Assembly (NCBI GenBank): GCA_044222475.1
Contig: JBGANF010000066.1
Location: forward strand, 1 to 44,684
Source: Polyangiaceae bacterium
GTDB lineage: Bacteria > Myxococcota_A > Polyangia > Polyangiales > Polyangiaceae
Reading direction: 5' to 3'
DNA: 44,684 nucleotides
Shown: piece by piece, positions 1-8,933 of the stretch
Numbering within the stretch: the stretch's first letter is position 1
Layout: each line of letters starts with the position of its first letter
The notes under the pieces: generated by a model
The model's database searches: none
Told to the model about the DNA's origin: nothing
The model's input: the letters and a program-made list of their open reading frames with translations, nothing else
Position numbers and translations under genes: made by a program

Positions 1-1643
1 GAGATCGGCGTGTGGGTCACGCCGGTGTTTGGGCTACATGCATCAATCGTACAGACGTTCGAGTCGTCGACCGTCGGTGCCGGGCCTTGGTTGCACTGTG
101 CACTCCCGTTGCAGGTGAACGCGCCCGCGCACAGGTTCGAGTTGTCACCGCACACCGTCCCTTGCGGCTTGGGCGTGTGGCTCACGCCCGTGCTCGGGAC
201 GCACGCGTCCGTGGTGCACGGGTTCTGATCGTCGACGACCGGAGCGGGGCCCTGCACGCACTGCCCCGTCTCGTTGCACGCAAACGCGCCCACGCACTTG
301 TCCGAGTTGTCTCCGCACGCGGTACCGGACGACACCGGCGTGTGGGACACCCCCGTGATCGGGTTGCACGAGTCCGCGGTGCAGTCGTTCTGGTCGTCGG
401 TGACCGGCGGCGGACCTTGGACGCACGAGCCTGCGCCGTCGCACGCGAACGCGCCCGAGCACGCATCTTGGGCCACTCCACAGAGCGCGCCCTGAGGAAT
501 CGGTACGTGGGACACGCCGGTCAGCGCATTGCACGCATCCGCGGTGCACTCGTTCAGGTCGTCGATCGGGATCGCCGTGTGAGTGACGCCGGTTTGCGAG
601 TTACACGCATCGACCGTGCAGGCGTCGGCGTCGTCGACGTTGACCGGCGTGTGCGATACGCCCGTGATGGCACTGCACGAGTCGACCGTGCAGGCGTCGG
701 CGTCGTCGACGCTGACGGGTGTGTGGCTCACGCCGGTGATCGGGTTACACGCGTCGACGGTGCATGCGTCCGAGTCATCGACGTTGACGGGCGTGTGACT
801 CACGCCGGTGATCGGGTTACACGAGTCCACCGTGCACGCGTCTCCGTCGTCGACGTTGATCGGCGTGTGGCTGACTCCGGTCCCGGGACTGCATACGTCG
901 ACGGTGCAGGCGTTCCCGTCGTCCACGACCGGCGGCGTCCCCGGGTCGCACGCGCTACCGTTGCACGTCTCGACTCCGTTGCAGGCGTTCTGGTCGTCGC
1001 AGGTCTGCGGATTGCACGACGAGACGTTGCACGGCTGCTCCTCGTCGAGGGCGAGCTCCACCGTCGTCGGGCTCTTGTAGCTGTCGCCGTTGTCGACGTG
1101 GACGGTGATGCGGTCCGCTTCGATGACCGTTCCCGGCGTCGCTCCGTTCGTGCACCAGAGGAACACGTACTTCAGACCGAGCGCGATCTGCGAAGGGCTG
1201 TTCGGGTGCGCTTGGCTCGCGCCGCCCTTGAAACGACAGCTCACCGGACCGCCCGCGTCCGGGCCGGCGTCCGACGTCCCAAGAGAGTACGAGATCGTGA
1301 TCCAGTGGTTGCCCGCGTTGCCCGCGAGGACCGGGACTTCGGCAGGCAGCTTCCACTTCAGCGAAGGCGCGAACGTCTGCGTCGCGTCCTGCCACGCCGA
1401 GGGGTTGTAGGTCTTCGAGGCGATCAGGTCGGCGTGGCGGCATGCGCCGCCATCGTCGGGTGCGTCAGTCGCGCCGTCGCTCGTCGCGTCGCTCGTGGCG
1501 TCGCTCGAGTCGGGATCCTCGAGCGCGGCGCGCTGGGAAGCCGACTCTTCGTCCTCACGCGGGCTGCCGCAAGCTGCAAACAACGCCGCGAGAGCGCAAG
1601 CGACCACGATCCCCGAGCTACGCTGGCCAACGCCGATGGTCAT
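1..1643 (-). CDS. Large Cys-rich repeat lipoprotein, 5' part only (runs off the left edge; absent from the ORF track because there is no stop in the window)
   Basis: GGAGG RBS then ATG at 1643: MTIGVGQRSSGIVVACALAALFAAC (lipobox-like). Open to position 1, with repeats of the form DDxDACTVDxCNPITGVSHTPV resembling Dictyostelium-type (CTDC) Cys repeats. Confidence 0.85.
   Translation of the reverse strand, partial: MTIGVGQRSSGIVVACALAALFAACGSPREDEESASQRAALEDPDSSDATSDATSDGATDAPDDGGACRHADLIASKTYNPSAWQDATQTFAPSLKWKLPAEVPVLAGNAGNHWITISYSLGTSDAGPDAGGPVSCRFKGGASQAHPNSPSQIALGLKYVFLWCTNGATPGTVIEADRITVHVDNGDSYKSPTTVELALDEEQPCNVSSCNPQTCDDQNACNGVETCNGSACDPGTPPVVDDGNACTVDVCSPGTGVSHTPINVDDGDACTVDSCNPITGVSHTPVNVDDSDACTVDACNPITGVSHTPVSVDDADACTVDSCSAITGVSHTPVNVDDADACTVDACNSQTGVTHTAIPIDDLNECTADACNALTGVSHVPIPQGALCGVAQDACSGAFACDGAGSCVQGPPPVTDDQNDCTADSCNPITGVSHTPVSSGTACGDNSDKCVGAFACNETGQCVQGPAPVVDDQNPCTTDACVPSTGVSHTPKPQGTVCGDNSNLCAGAFTCNGSAQCNQGPAPTVDDSNVCTIDACSPNTGVTHTPI
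500..925 (-). repeat. Coding tandem repeat, 72-bp (24-aa) period, about 6 units
   Basis: A tcgtcgacgttga-like anchor recurs at about 631, 703, 775 and 847. Further interrupted copies continue to the left edge. Confidence 0.85.
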
Positions 1644-1789
1644 CACGCCTCCCCGTCTCGTTCGTTTCCCCGAAGCGAGAAGAGCGGTTGCGTCTGCGAA
1701 GATCAACGGGCGACGGACGTGACTACGTGCGATGGGTGGGAGATCCACCCCCTGCAACCAAAGTTGCGTTGAGTCGCGGCGTAATCTGA

Positions 1790-2149
1790 TCATCGACACG
1801 CTGCCGCGAGCTCCGCCAGGGTGGCGCCCAGGTTGCGCTCCACGCGAGCCGCGTCGAGGCGGATGACGCGAACGCCGTGGAGCCGCGCGAGCGCCGCGTC
1901 GCGAGCGGCGTCTTGGGCCACGCGCCCCGCGTGATAGCCGCCATCGATCTCGACGACGAGCTTCAGCGAGGTGGCGTAGAAGTCGACGATGTACGGAGCC
2001 AGCACGTGTTGCCGCCGGAACTTGATGCCGCGGAAGCGCCGGTCGCGAAGCGCGTTCCAGAGAATCGCCTCGGAGGCCGTGGGAGCCTTGCGATGCTGGC
2101 GAGCGAATTCGGTGAGAGTGAACAGCGAAGGGGCGAGCGGGGAGGTCAT
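1790..2149 (-). CDS. DUF559 / Vsr-like endonuclease-domain protein
   Basis: Motifs ARQHRKAPTASEAILWNALR, GIKFRRQH, YIVDFY, LVVEIDGGYH, DAARDAAL and GVRVIR. ATG at 2149. Confidence 0.9.
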   Translation of the reverse strand: MTSPLAPSLFTLTEFARQHRKAPTASEAILWNALRDRRFRGIKFRRQHVLAPYIVDFYATSLKLVVEIDGGYHAGRVAQDAARDAALARLHGVRVIRLDAARVERNLGATLAELAAACR

Positions 2150-2256
2150 GCCCCCCACCGCGAAACATTCATGACAAGCGCCATACGGTGCCCCCAGCGC
2201 ATCGGGCAGCTTGGCAGGAATGTTTCGCTTTGGGGCATGACCTCCCCGCTCGCCCC
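2130..2256. repeat. ~50-bp imperfect inverted repeat overlapping the DUF559 start codon
   Basis: 2130-2154 is the perfect reverse complement of 2232-2256 (25 bp), 2160-2170 of 2218-2228 (11 bp), and caagc 2175-2179 of gcttg 2209-2213. Confidence 0.9.
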
Positions 2257-2395
2257 GAAGCGATCATTCGCCGCAAATTCCGCGACGAACGAACTGGGTC
2301 AGCACGAACCGTCGCGACCAAAGGTTGACAAGGTTGACACCGTCCCCGCGGATCGCGAGCGATCCGGGTCAGCACTCGTCGTCGCGGTGGAACCA

Positions 2396-2462
2396 CTCTC
2401 CCCGCTTGGCGCGCAGCGCCAAGCTAGGGGAGAGTCGCGGCGCGTAGCGCCGCGGTGAGGGG
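2396..2462. repeat. Palindromic intergenic element (ctctcccc...ggggagag hairpin, second hairpin, gtgagggg tail); possible terminator or REP-like repeat
   Basis: ctctcccc-gcttggcgc pairs with gcgccaagc-ta-ggggagag (2396-2434); cgcggcgc-gta-gcgccgcg at 2436-2454. Confidence 0.7.
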
Positions 2463-2469
2463 CCTCTCT

Positions 2470-3261
2470 CTACTGCACCGTGATCTCGATCCTCGGCGCA
2501 CTGACTTCCTTCTCGAGCCCCTCGAACACCTGCGTCAGCGGCGTCACGACGCGCACCTGATACTTCCCCTTCGGCAGCGGCCCATTCGGCGCTCTCGGGT
2601 ACCCCATCTCGGGCGGCGTCCCCTTCAGCTTCTCCGGCGCCCACTTCATGCGCACCGCATCCCAGTGGACGACCGCCTTCGCCGTCGCGTTCGGGACGAG
2701 CGTGATGCGCGCGGTCGAGTGCGTCGTCGCCTCGCGCGGCGGCATCCCCTTCGGGAGCGCCGGCGGATTTCCCGGCGGCTTGTCCACCCGGGCCTTGCCC
2801 TTCTGATCGTACGCCTCGGTCGAGAACCGCGGCGTCGGGTCCAGGTTGAAGTCGAGCGAGACGTTGTCCGACGACTTGTTCTTGAAGATCACCGTGAGGT
2901 CGATCTTGCCGCCCGGCGCCACCGTCGGGCTCGACGCGATGACCTTGATGTCGATCTTGCTCCCGATCTCCTGCGTCTTGTCGCCCGGCTTCGCGTTGGG
3001 GACCTCGCACTGGTTCTGGAGAAGGACCGTCGTCAGGTCCATCTCGAACGCCTGGCAGGGGTTCGCCTTCGGGGTGTCGTCCGCCGGGGCACCGGCGTCC
3101 TCGCCTTCGGCGGTCGGGGGGAGAGAGACGGCCGCGTCCTCGTCGGTAGCGACGTGATCGTCCGGATTCTCCGGGGGTTTTTCCTTTCCACAGGCGCCGA
3201 CCAAAGCGGCCGAGAGCGCGAGCAGCGAGCCGAGGACGAGGGAAGTTCCGAACCGTTGCAT
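2470..3261 (-). CDS. Hypothetical lipoprotein
   Basis: ATG at 3261: MQRFGTSLVLGSLLALSAALVGAC (signal peptide plus lipobox). The upstream part of the 696-aa track ORF is antisense shadow of the next gene. Confidence 0.8.
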   Translation of the reverse strand: MQRFGTSLVLGSLLALSAALVGACGKEKPPENPDDHVATDEDAAVSLPPTAEGEDAGAPADDTPKANPCQAFEMDLTTVLLQNQCEVPNAKPGDKTQEIGSKIDIKVIASSPTVAPGGKIDLTVIFKNKSSDNVSLDFNLDPTPRFSTEAYDQKGKARVDKPPGNPPALPKGMPPREATTHSTARITLVPNATAKAVVHWDAVRMKWAPEKLKGTPPEMGYPRAPNGPLPKGKYQVRVVTPLTQVFEGLEKEVSAPRIEITVQ

Positions 3262-3351
3262 GGGTACGATGAGAACCCACGTCGGGCGCTTGTGCAATCT
3301 TTCTCCCGTGGCGCCGTCTAAGGCTAAAACTATGGGGGCGGAGGCTTTTCC

Positions 3352-4641
3352 ATGAGCTTGGGTAAACGAATCCCGACGGTACTGGTCGCGGTGGCGGTGG
3401 GCGTCCTCGGGGTGATCGCGGCGTGCGCCACGTCGACCACGTCGACGATCCCGGACTGCGCCACGAACGAGATCCGGTGCGGAACCGTCTGCACGGCCGT
3501 CCAGAACGACAACGCCAACTGCGGAGCGTGCGGCAAGGCCTGCGCGACCGGCGAGGTCTGCTCCCAAGGCACATGCGGCGCGAACTGCGCGCCGCCCACG
3601 TCGAAGTGCAACAACAAGTGCGTCGACGTCCAGACCGACAAGACGAACTGCGGCACCTGCAACAACAAGTGCGCCACCGGCGATCTCTGCAGCGCGGGCA
3701 AGTGCGCCAAGGACTGCATCGCGCCGACGAAGCTGTGCAACCTCGTCTGCGTCGACACCACGACCGACAACGCCAACTGCGGCACTTGCGGCACCGTCTG
3801 CAAAGCGGGCGAGCAGTGCAGCGCCGGCACGTGCGCCTCGATCTGCACCGGCGGCCTCAGCTACTGCGCGCCGCCCCCGAGCGACGGCGGCGTGAGCGAC
3901 GCCGGGCTCGACTCGGGCGGCGACGCGTCCAGCGACGGCGGCGTCCCGCTCGGCTGCGTGAACCTCCAGACGGACTACTTCAACTGCGGCGTGTGCGGGA
4001 AGAGCTGCGGCCCGGCGCAGGAGTGCAAGGCCGGTCAATGCGTGGCGTCTCCCATCATCGGCACCGGCACCGACCCCGATCCGTATCGCTTGCCGTCGGG
4101 CACGCAGCCGATCTCGTGCAAGGCGTTCAAGACCCAGTTCCCGAACCAGGGTGACGGCATCTACCTCATCCACCCGTCGTCGACCGACCTCAAGGTCTAC
4201 TGCGACATGACGGGCGGCGCGTGGACGTACGAGGCGTTCGGCTTCGGTCAGTACACGCAGTCGTACGCCGGCTGGACGCGCGTCGGCGTGACCGACTTCA
4301 CCGGCACCGCCCAGTTCCGCGCCGCGTTCGAGTACCTCTACAACCGCGACTGGCTCGTCAACATCACGCCCGGCTGGAACAGCTCGAACTGCTGCTTCAT
4401 CAACACGACGAACACGAACTACTACTCGTTCGCGTCGGGCACGTACATGTACCCGGCGAACCAGACCGGCACGTCGTTCAACTGCAACAGCACCTACAAC
4501 GATCCGAAGATGCGCATCTACCTCGTGTCCGCGAACGTCGTCCGAAACAGCTTCACCCAACCCGAGCTCTTGAACACGCTCACGTCGTCGTCGTGCTCGG
4601 TCGGCGGAAACCCGGCGATCTTCGTGAAGAGGTACCAGTGA
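3352..4641 (+). CDS. Cys-rich repeat lipoprotein with C-terminal fibrinogen-like (YCDxxxGGxW) domain, paralogue 1
   Basis: GGAGG RBS; lipobox VIAAC; repeated D/N-xx-NCGxCGxxC units; SCKAF..GDGIYLIHP..KVYCDMTGGAWT. Confidence 0.88.
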   Translation: MSLGKRIPTVLVAVAVGVLGVIAACATSTTSTIPDCATNEIRCGTVCTAVQNDNANCGACGKACATGEVCSQGTCGANCAPPTSKCNNKCVDVQTDKTNCGTCNNKCATGDLCSAGKCAKDCIAPTKLCNLVCVDTTTDNANCGTCGTVCKAGEQCSAGTCASICTGGLSYCAPPPSDGGVSDAGLDSGGDASSDGGVPLGCVNLQTDYFNCGVCGKSCGPAQECKAGQCVASPIIGTGTDPDPYRLPSGTQPISCKAFKTQFPNQGDGIYLIHPSSTDLKVYCDMTGGAWTYEAFGFGQYTQSYAGWTRVGVTDFTGTAQFRAAFEYLYNRDWLVNITPGWNSSNCCFINTTNTNYYSFASGTYMYPANQTGTSFNCNSTYNDPKMRIYLVSANVVRNSFTQPELLNTLTSSSCSVGGNPAIFVKRYQ

Positions 4642-5930
4642 CGCAATCCTCCTTTCGCACGCCGGCGATCGTCGTCGCGATCGCCGCGTCGGTCCTCGGC
4701 GTCATCGCCGCGTGCGCCACCACGAGCACCTCGACCACCCCCGACTGCGCCACCGGCGAGATCCGATGCGGCCTGGTCTGCACCGCGGTCCAGAACGACA
4801 ACGCGAACTGCGGCTCGTGTGGCAAGGCCTGCGCCACCGGTGAAGTGTGCTCGCAAGGTGCGTGCGGCGCGAACTGCACCGGCGGCACCACCAAGTGCAA
4901 CGCCAAGTGCGTCGACACCCAGACCGACAAGACGAACTGCGGCACCTGCAACAACAAGTGCGCCACCGGCGATCTGTGCAGCGGAGGCAAGTGCTCCAAG
5001 GACTGCACCGCCCCGACCAAGCTCTGCAACGGCACCTGCGTCACCACCGACACCGACAACGCGAACTGCGGGACGTGCGGCACGCAGTGCAAAGCAGGCG
5101 AGCAGTGCGCGGCCGGCAAATGCGCGTCGATCTGCACCGGCGGGCTCAGCTATTGCGCGCCGCCGGCGACCGACGGCGGCGTGAGCGACGCCGGCCTCGA
5201 CTCGGGCGGCGATGCCTCGAGCGATGGCGGCGCTCCGCTCGGCTGCGTGAACCTCCAGACCGACTACTACAACTGCGGCGTGTGCGCGAAGACGTGCGGT
5301 CCGGCGCAGGAGTGCAAGCTCGGTCAGTGCGTGCAGTCGCCGGTGATCGGCGTGGGAACCGATCCCGACCCGTATCGCTTGTCGTCGGGGACACAGCCCG
5401 TCTCGTGCAAGGCGTTCAAGACGGCGTTCCCGAGCCAGGGCGACGGCATCTATCTGATTCATCCGTCCACGACCGACATCAAGGTCTACTGCGACATGAC
5501 GAACGGCGCGTGGACGTACGAGTCGTTCGGCTTTGGGCAGTTCAACCTGTCGTACGCCGGCTGGACGTTCGTCGGCGTGCCCGACTTCACCGGCTCGGCG
5601 CAGTTCCGCGCCGCGTTCGAGTACCTCTACAACCGCGACTGGCTGATCAACATCAACCCGGGTTGGTCGAACGGCAACTGCTGCTTCATCAACACGACGG
5701 GCACGAACTACTACTCGTTCAACTCGGGCACGTACATGTACCCGGCGAACCAGACCGGCACGACGTACAACTGCGGCGGGCCGTACAGCACGACGAAGAT
5801 GCGCATCTACCTCAACAGCGGTGCCGTCGTTCGCAACTCGTTCACCGTGACCGAGCTGCAGAACACCGTCGTCTCCACGTCGTGCTCGGTGTCGAACAAC
5901 CCCGGAATCTTCGTGAAGCGCTATCAATGA
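4638..5930 (+). CDS. Cys-rich repeat lipoprotein with fibrinogen-like domain, paralogue 2
   Basis: GTG start overlaps the TGA of paralogue 1 (GTGA at 4638-4641). Colinear with paralogue 1 throughout; both end IFVKRYQ. Confidence 0.88.
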   Translation: MTQSSFRTPAIVVAIAASVLGVIAACATTSTSTTPDCATGEIRCGLVCTAVQNDNANCGSCGKACATGEVCSQGACGANCTGGTTKCNAKCVDTQTDKTNCGTCNNKCATGDLCSGGKCSKDCTAPTKLCNGTCVTTDTDNANCGTCGTQCKAGEQCAAGKCASICTGGLSYCAPPATDGGVSDAGLDSGGDASSDGGAPLGCVNLQTDYYNCGVCAKTCGPAQECKLGQCVQSPVIGVGTDPDPYRLSSGTQPVSCKAFKTAFPSQGDGIYLIHPSTTDIKVYCDMTNGAWTYESFGFGQFNLSYAGWTFVGVPDFTGSAQFRAAFEYLYNRDWLININPGWSNGNCCFINTTGTNYYSFNSGTYMYPANQTGTTYNCGGPYSTTKMRIYLNSGAVVRNSFTVTELQNTVVSTSCSVSNNPGIFVKRYQ

Positions 5931-5947
5931 AGTGATACGCAGCTGCG

Positions 5948-6472
5948 ATGCATCGTCAGATCAAGGTCGTCGGCATCCTGCTGATCGTGCAGGGCTCGCT
6001 CGAGCTCGTGATGGGCGTGTTCTACTGCCTGATGGGACCGCTGATGATGGGCATCATGGCCTCGGCCCCGCCGCCCTCGTCGGGGGGTGCGCCTCCGCCG
6101 CCGCCCGAGCTCTTCGCCGGGCTCTACATCGCGATGGGCTTGCCGACGGCGATCGCGGGCATCCTCAAGATCGTCTCGGGCATCTACAACGTGCGGCTGA
6201 AGGGCCGCATCCTCGGGTACATCGCGCTCGGGTCGGGGCTCGTCAGCTCGATCAGCTGCTACTGCCTGCCGACGGCGCTCGGCCTCGGCATCTACGGGCT
6301 CATCGTCTTCTTGAACCAGAAGAGCGGCGAGGCGTTCGCGATGGTGGAGAACGGAATGCCCGCGGACCAAGCGCTCGCGACGATCGACGGTCTGGTGCCG
6401 ATGGGCGGCATGGGCGGGCCGGGGTATCCGCCGGCGCCTCCTCCTCCTCCTCCGCCTTATCCGGGTTACTGA
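5948..6472 (+). CDS. Hypothetical membrane protein with Pro-rich segments
   Basis: Several hydrophobic helices, Pro-rich loop and tail, host-like codon usage. Confidence 0.75.
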   Translation: MHRQIKVVGILLIVQGSLELVMGVFYCLMGPLMMGIMASAPPPSSGGAPPPPPELFAGLYIAMGLPTAIAGILKIVSGIYNVRLKGRILGYIALGSGLVSSISCYCLPTALGLGIYGLIVFLNQKSGEAFAMVENGMPADQALATIDGLVPMGGMGGPGYPPAPPPPPPPYPGY

Positions 6473-6473
6473 C

Positions 6474-6860
6474 GTGAGAGCGTCGCGCGCGCTCCTCGTC
6501 GTTGGGGTGCTCGGAGCGCTCGTCGCGCTGTCGTGTCAGCGCGAGCCGGAGCCCGGTCCCACCGCCGCGACGGCGACGGTCAGCGTGCCGCCAGCGGCGC
6601 CGCCCAGCGCGTCCGCTCCGCCCGCGCCCACTGCGGTGGAAGAGAACCCCTGCTTCACTGGCAAGGAGACGTGCACCGGCGGGACGACCTGCCTGTGCTG
6701 TCCGGCGGGCGGCCCGCATCAGTCGTGCGTCTGCTCGACCGCGTGCAAGACCGACGCGGATTGTACCAATCCGGTACGGCCGAAATGCAACATCGGGGCT
6801 GGGAGCGCGAAAGGGATCTGCGGCGCGCCCACGCTGCAGTGTTGCTGGGGCTGTCGCTGA
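6474..6860 (+). CDS. Small Cys-rich lipoprotein
   Basis: GTG start; LLVVGVLGALVALSC lipobox; Pro/Ala linker; Cys-rich C-terminal domain. Confidence 0.7.
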   Translation: MRASRALLVVGVLGALVALSCQREPEPGPTAATATVSVPPAAPPSASAPPAPTAVEENPCFTGKETCTGGTTCLCCPAGGPHQSCVCSTACKTDADCTNPVRPKCNIGAGSAKGICGAPTLQCCWGCR

Positions 6861-6861
6861 C

Positions 6862-7458
6862 GTGCTGCTGTTCCAGAAGCGATTCCACGAAGGTTTGGTC
6901 TCCGGCGCCGTCACGCTGACGTTCCGCCGTTGGGACAAGCCGCACGTGCGCGCCGGTGGACGGTACCGGTGTCACCCGATCGGCGTGCTAGAGGTCGATC
7001 GCGTCGATCGCGTGCAGGTTCGCGCCATCACCGAGGACGACGCGAAGCGATCGGGGTTCGCGTCGCGGAAGGAGCTCGTGGCCTACCTCGCGACGGCGCG
7101 CGAACAGAAGCTGACGGCGGCGAGCCCGGTCTTCCGGGTGGAGCTCCACCACGGCGGTGACGGCGATCGTGTGGAGATCGCGCTCGAGACGGCGTTGACG
7201 AAGGAAGACGTCGAGGCGATCCGCGCGAAGCTCGCCAAGATGGACGCGGCCGAGCCGTGGACCGCGAAGACGCTCGCGATCATCGACGCGCACCCGAGGG
7301 TGGCCGCGTCGCAGCTCGCGGCGAAGCTGGGGCGAGAGACTGCCCCATTCAAGATCGACGTGCGGAAGCTGAAGAAGCTGGGGCTGACGCAGAGCTTCGA
7401 GGTCGGCTACGAGATCTCGCCGCGAGGTCGGGCGTTTCTGGTGGGGGCCGCCAAGTGA
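6862..7458 (+). CDS. ASCH/PUA-like domain protein with C-terminal winged-helix-like region
   Basis: LLFQKRFHEGLVSGAVTLTFRRW and ITEDDAKRSGFAS match the ASCH pattern. C-terminus FKIDVRKLKKLGLTQSFEVGYEISPRG. Confidence 0.8.
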   Translation: MLLFQKRFHEGLVSGAVTLTFRRWDKPHVRAGGRYRCHPIGVLEVDRVDRVQVRAITEDDAKRSGFASRKELVAYLATAREQKLTAASPVFRVELHHGGDGDRVEIALETALTKEDVEAIRAKLAKMDAAEPWTAKTLAIIDAHPRVAASQLAAKLGRETAPFKIDVRKLKKLGLTQSFEVGYEISPRGRAFLVGAAK

Positions 7459-7489
7459 CAAGAAGCATGGGCGGGCTCATGATGGGTGG

Positions 7490-8881
7490 GTGCTGTCCGA
7501 TCTGGAGGTCGACGTCCTCTTCGCGGTCGAAGGACGACCCGAGTTCGCGGGCGTATGGCGTTTGCGGCGGCGGGACCAGCACGCGCCCCGGGTAGCCGTA
7601 GCGCTCGTCGGACTTCGGGGCGCGGGGCGCCTCGTCGGACTCCCCGATGCCCGGTTCATCCACTGGTTCCAAGCGGGACCCCTGCACCGGCCACCGGAGG
7701 GGGCCGTGGCGATTGCCCTGAGCAGCGAGGATCGCGCTCGCGCGAAGAGGCGCGCAGACGAGCGATGGGCCCGCGCCACGTACGAGGCCAATGCCGTCGC
7801 CGCGCGCGACACTCGGATGGCACGCCCGAGTCCCGCGATGCCCGACCCGAACCTCGTCCTGTCCGACCTCGAGGCGGACGTCCTGCTCGCGATCGAACGT
7901 CGGCCCGAGGACTTCTTCGGCGCGTGGCGCCTCCCCGCAGGATCCGACGAAGCACCGCGCGTCGCCGTCGCGATCACCGGGTTTCGCGGCGCAGGCCACC
8001 TCGCCACCCTACCGAACGCCAAGCACATCGTTTGGTTCCAACGAGGAAACCCGGCGGTCGTCGCCCCAGACTGGGTCGCGCTTCATCTCGATGACGACGC
8101 CCGCCTGCGCGCGCAGCAGCGCTGCATCGATCGCGGCCGCGCGATCCTCGAGGCGCCCATGCCGACGTTCGATCCGCTGTCGACCTTCGAGGTGAACCCG
8201 CCGGATCGCTGGAAACGCGCGCCTCGACCGAGGGCGCCTCGAAGCGCGCGAACGATACCGAGCCAGCCCGAGCGCCCGCTGCCGCGGGTTCCGGCCCTGT
8301 TCGAGCACGGAGGCGACCAGTGGAGCGCCCCGCTCGAGCCGCCGAACCAGATCTACGAGGAGCGGCCGCTTCCGCCCCGTGTCCCCGTCACCCCGGAAGG
8401 ACTCATCGCGACCGAACCGCGCGATCTGGACGAGCTCGTCTCGGTGTTCCACCGCGAAGACGGGAGCTCGCTGGCGGCCATGACCGACTCATCCCAAACT
8501 GGTACACCCGTGATCGACCCCGAGCCCACGAAACACCTCCGCGTCCTCGTCGTCGCCCGAACCGAGGCGTTCGCCCATCGACTGCGCGAGCTCTTCGGAG
8601 ACACGGTCGACGTCACGCACGTCGCCTCCGGGTGGAACGTCCTCGACCGCGCCGAAGAGCCCTTCGATCGCGTGGTCTGGAAGTGCGACGCGTGGGTCCC
8701 CGGCGACCCCACCGAAGCCCAGTTCTTTCGCCTCCTCGCCGCGGCGCGACCGGCGCTCGCCCGGAGCACCTTCTTCGTGGTGGACGAAGCGCGGCGCGAG
8801 CGCGCAGCCCGGGAGACTCCTCGAATCGCCGCCCGGTTCATCGGCGACGGCGACGTCGATCTGCGCCGGCTGATCATGTGA
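7490..8881 (+). CDS. Hypothetical protein with an internally duplicated N-terminal domain and a degenerate receiver-like C-terminal domain
   Basis: Two copies of LSDLExDVLxAxExRPE..GxWRL..APRVAVA..GxRGAGxL..LPxA..WFQxG. C-terminal LRVLVVA..FDRVVW segment. Start uncertain. Confidence 0.6.
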   Translation: MLSDLEVDVLFAVEGRPEFAGVWRLRRRDQHAPRVAVALVGLRGAGRLVGLPDARFIHWFQAGPLHRPPEGAVAIALSSEDRARAKRRADERWARATYEANAVAARDTRMARPSPAMPDPNLVLSDLEADVLLAIERRPEDFFGAWRLPAGSDEAPRVAVAITGFRGAGHLATLPNAKHIVWFQRGNPAVVAPDWVALHLDDDARLRAQQRCIDRGRAILEAPMPTFDPLSTFEVNPPDRWKRAPRPRAPRSARTIPSQPERPLPRVPALFEHGGDQWSAPLEPPNQIYEERPLPPRVPVTPEGLIATEPRDLDELVSVFHREDGSSLAAMTDSSQTGTPVIDPEPTKHLRVLVVARTEAFAHRLRELFGDTVDVTHVASGWNVLDRAEEPFDRVVWKCDAWVPGDPTEAQFFRLLAAARPALARSTFFVVDEARRERAARETPRIAARFIGDGDVDLRRLIM

Positions 8882-8933
8882 CCGGCAACGTGACCCGCTC
8901 GCCCTCCGCGGAAAACTGAGTTACCCATGGCTT

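Noticed and set aside
500..925. CRISPR-like periodic repeats
   Set aside because: The 72-bp period is in frame and encodes Cys-rich protein repeats with wobble variation. There are no unique spacers and no cas genes.
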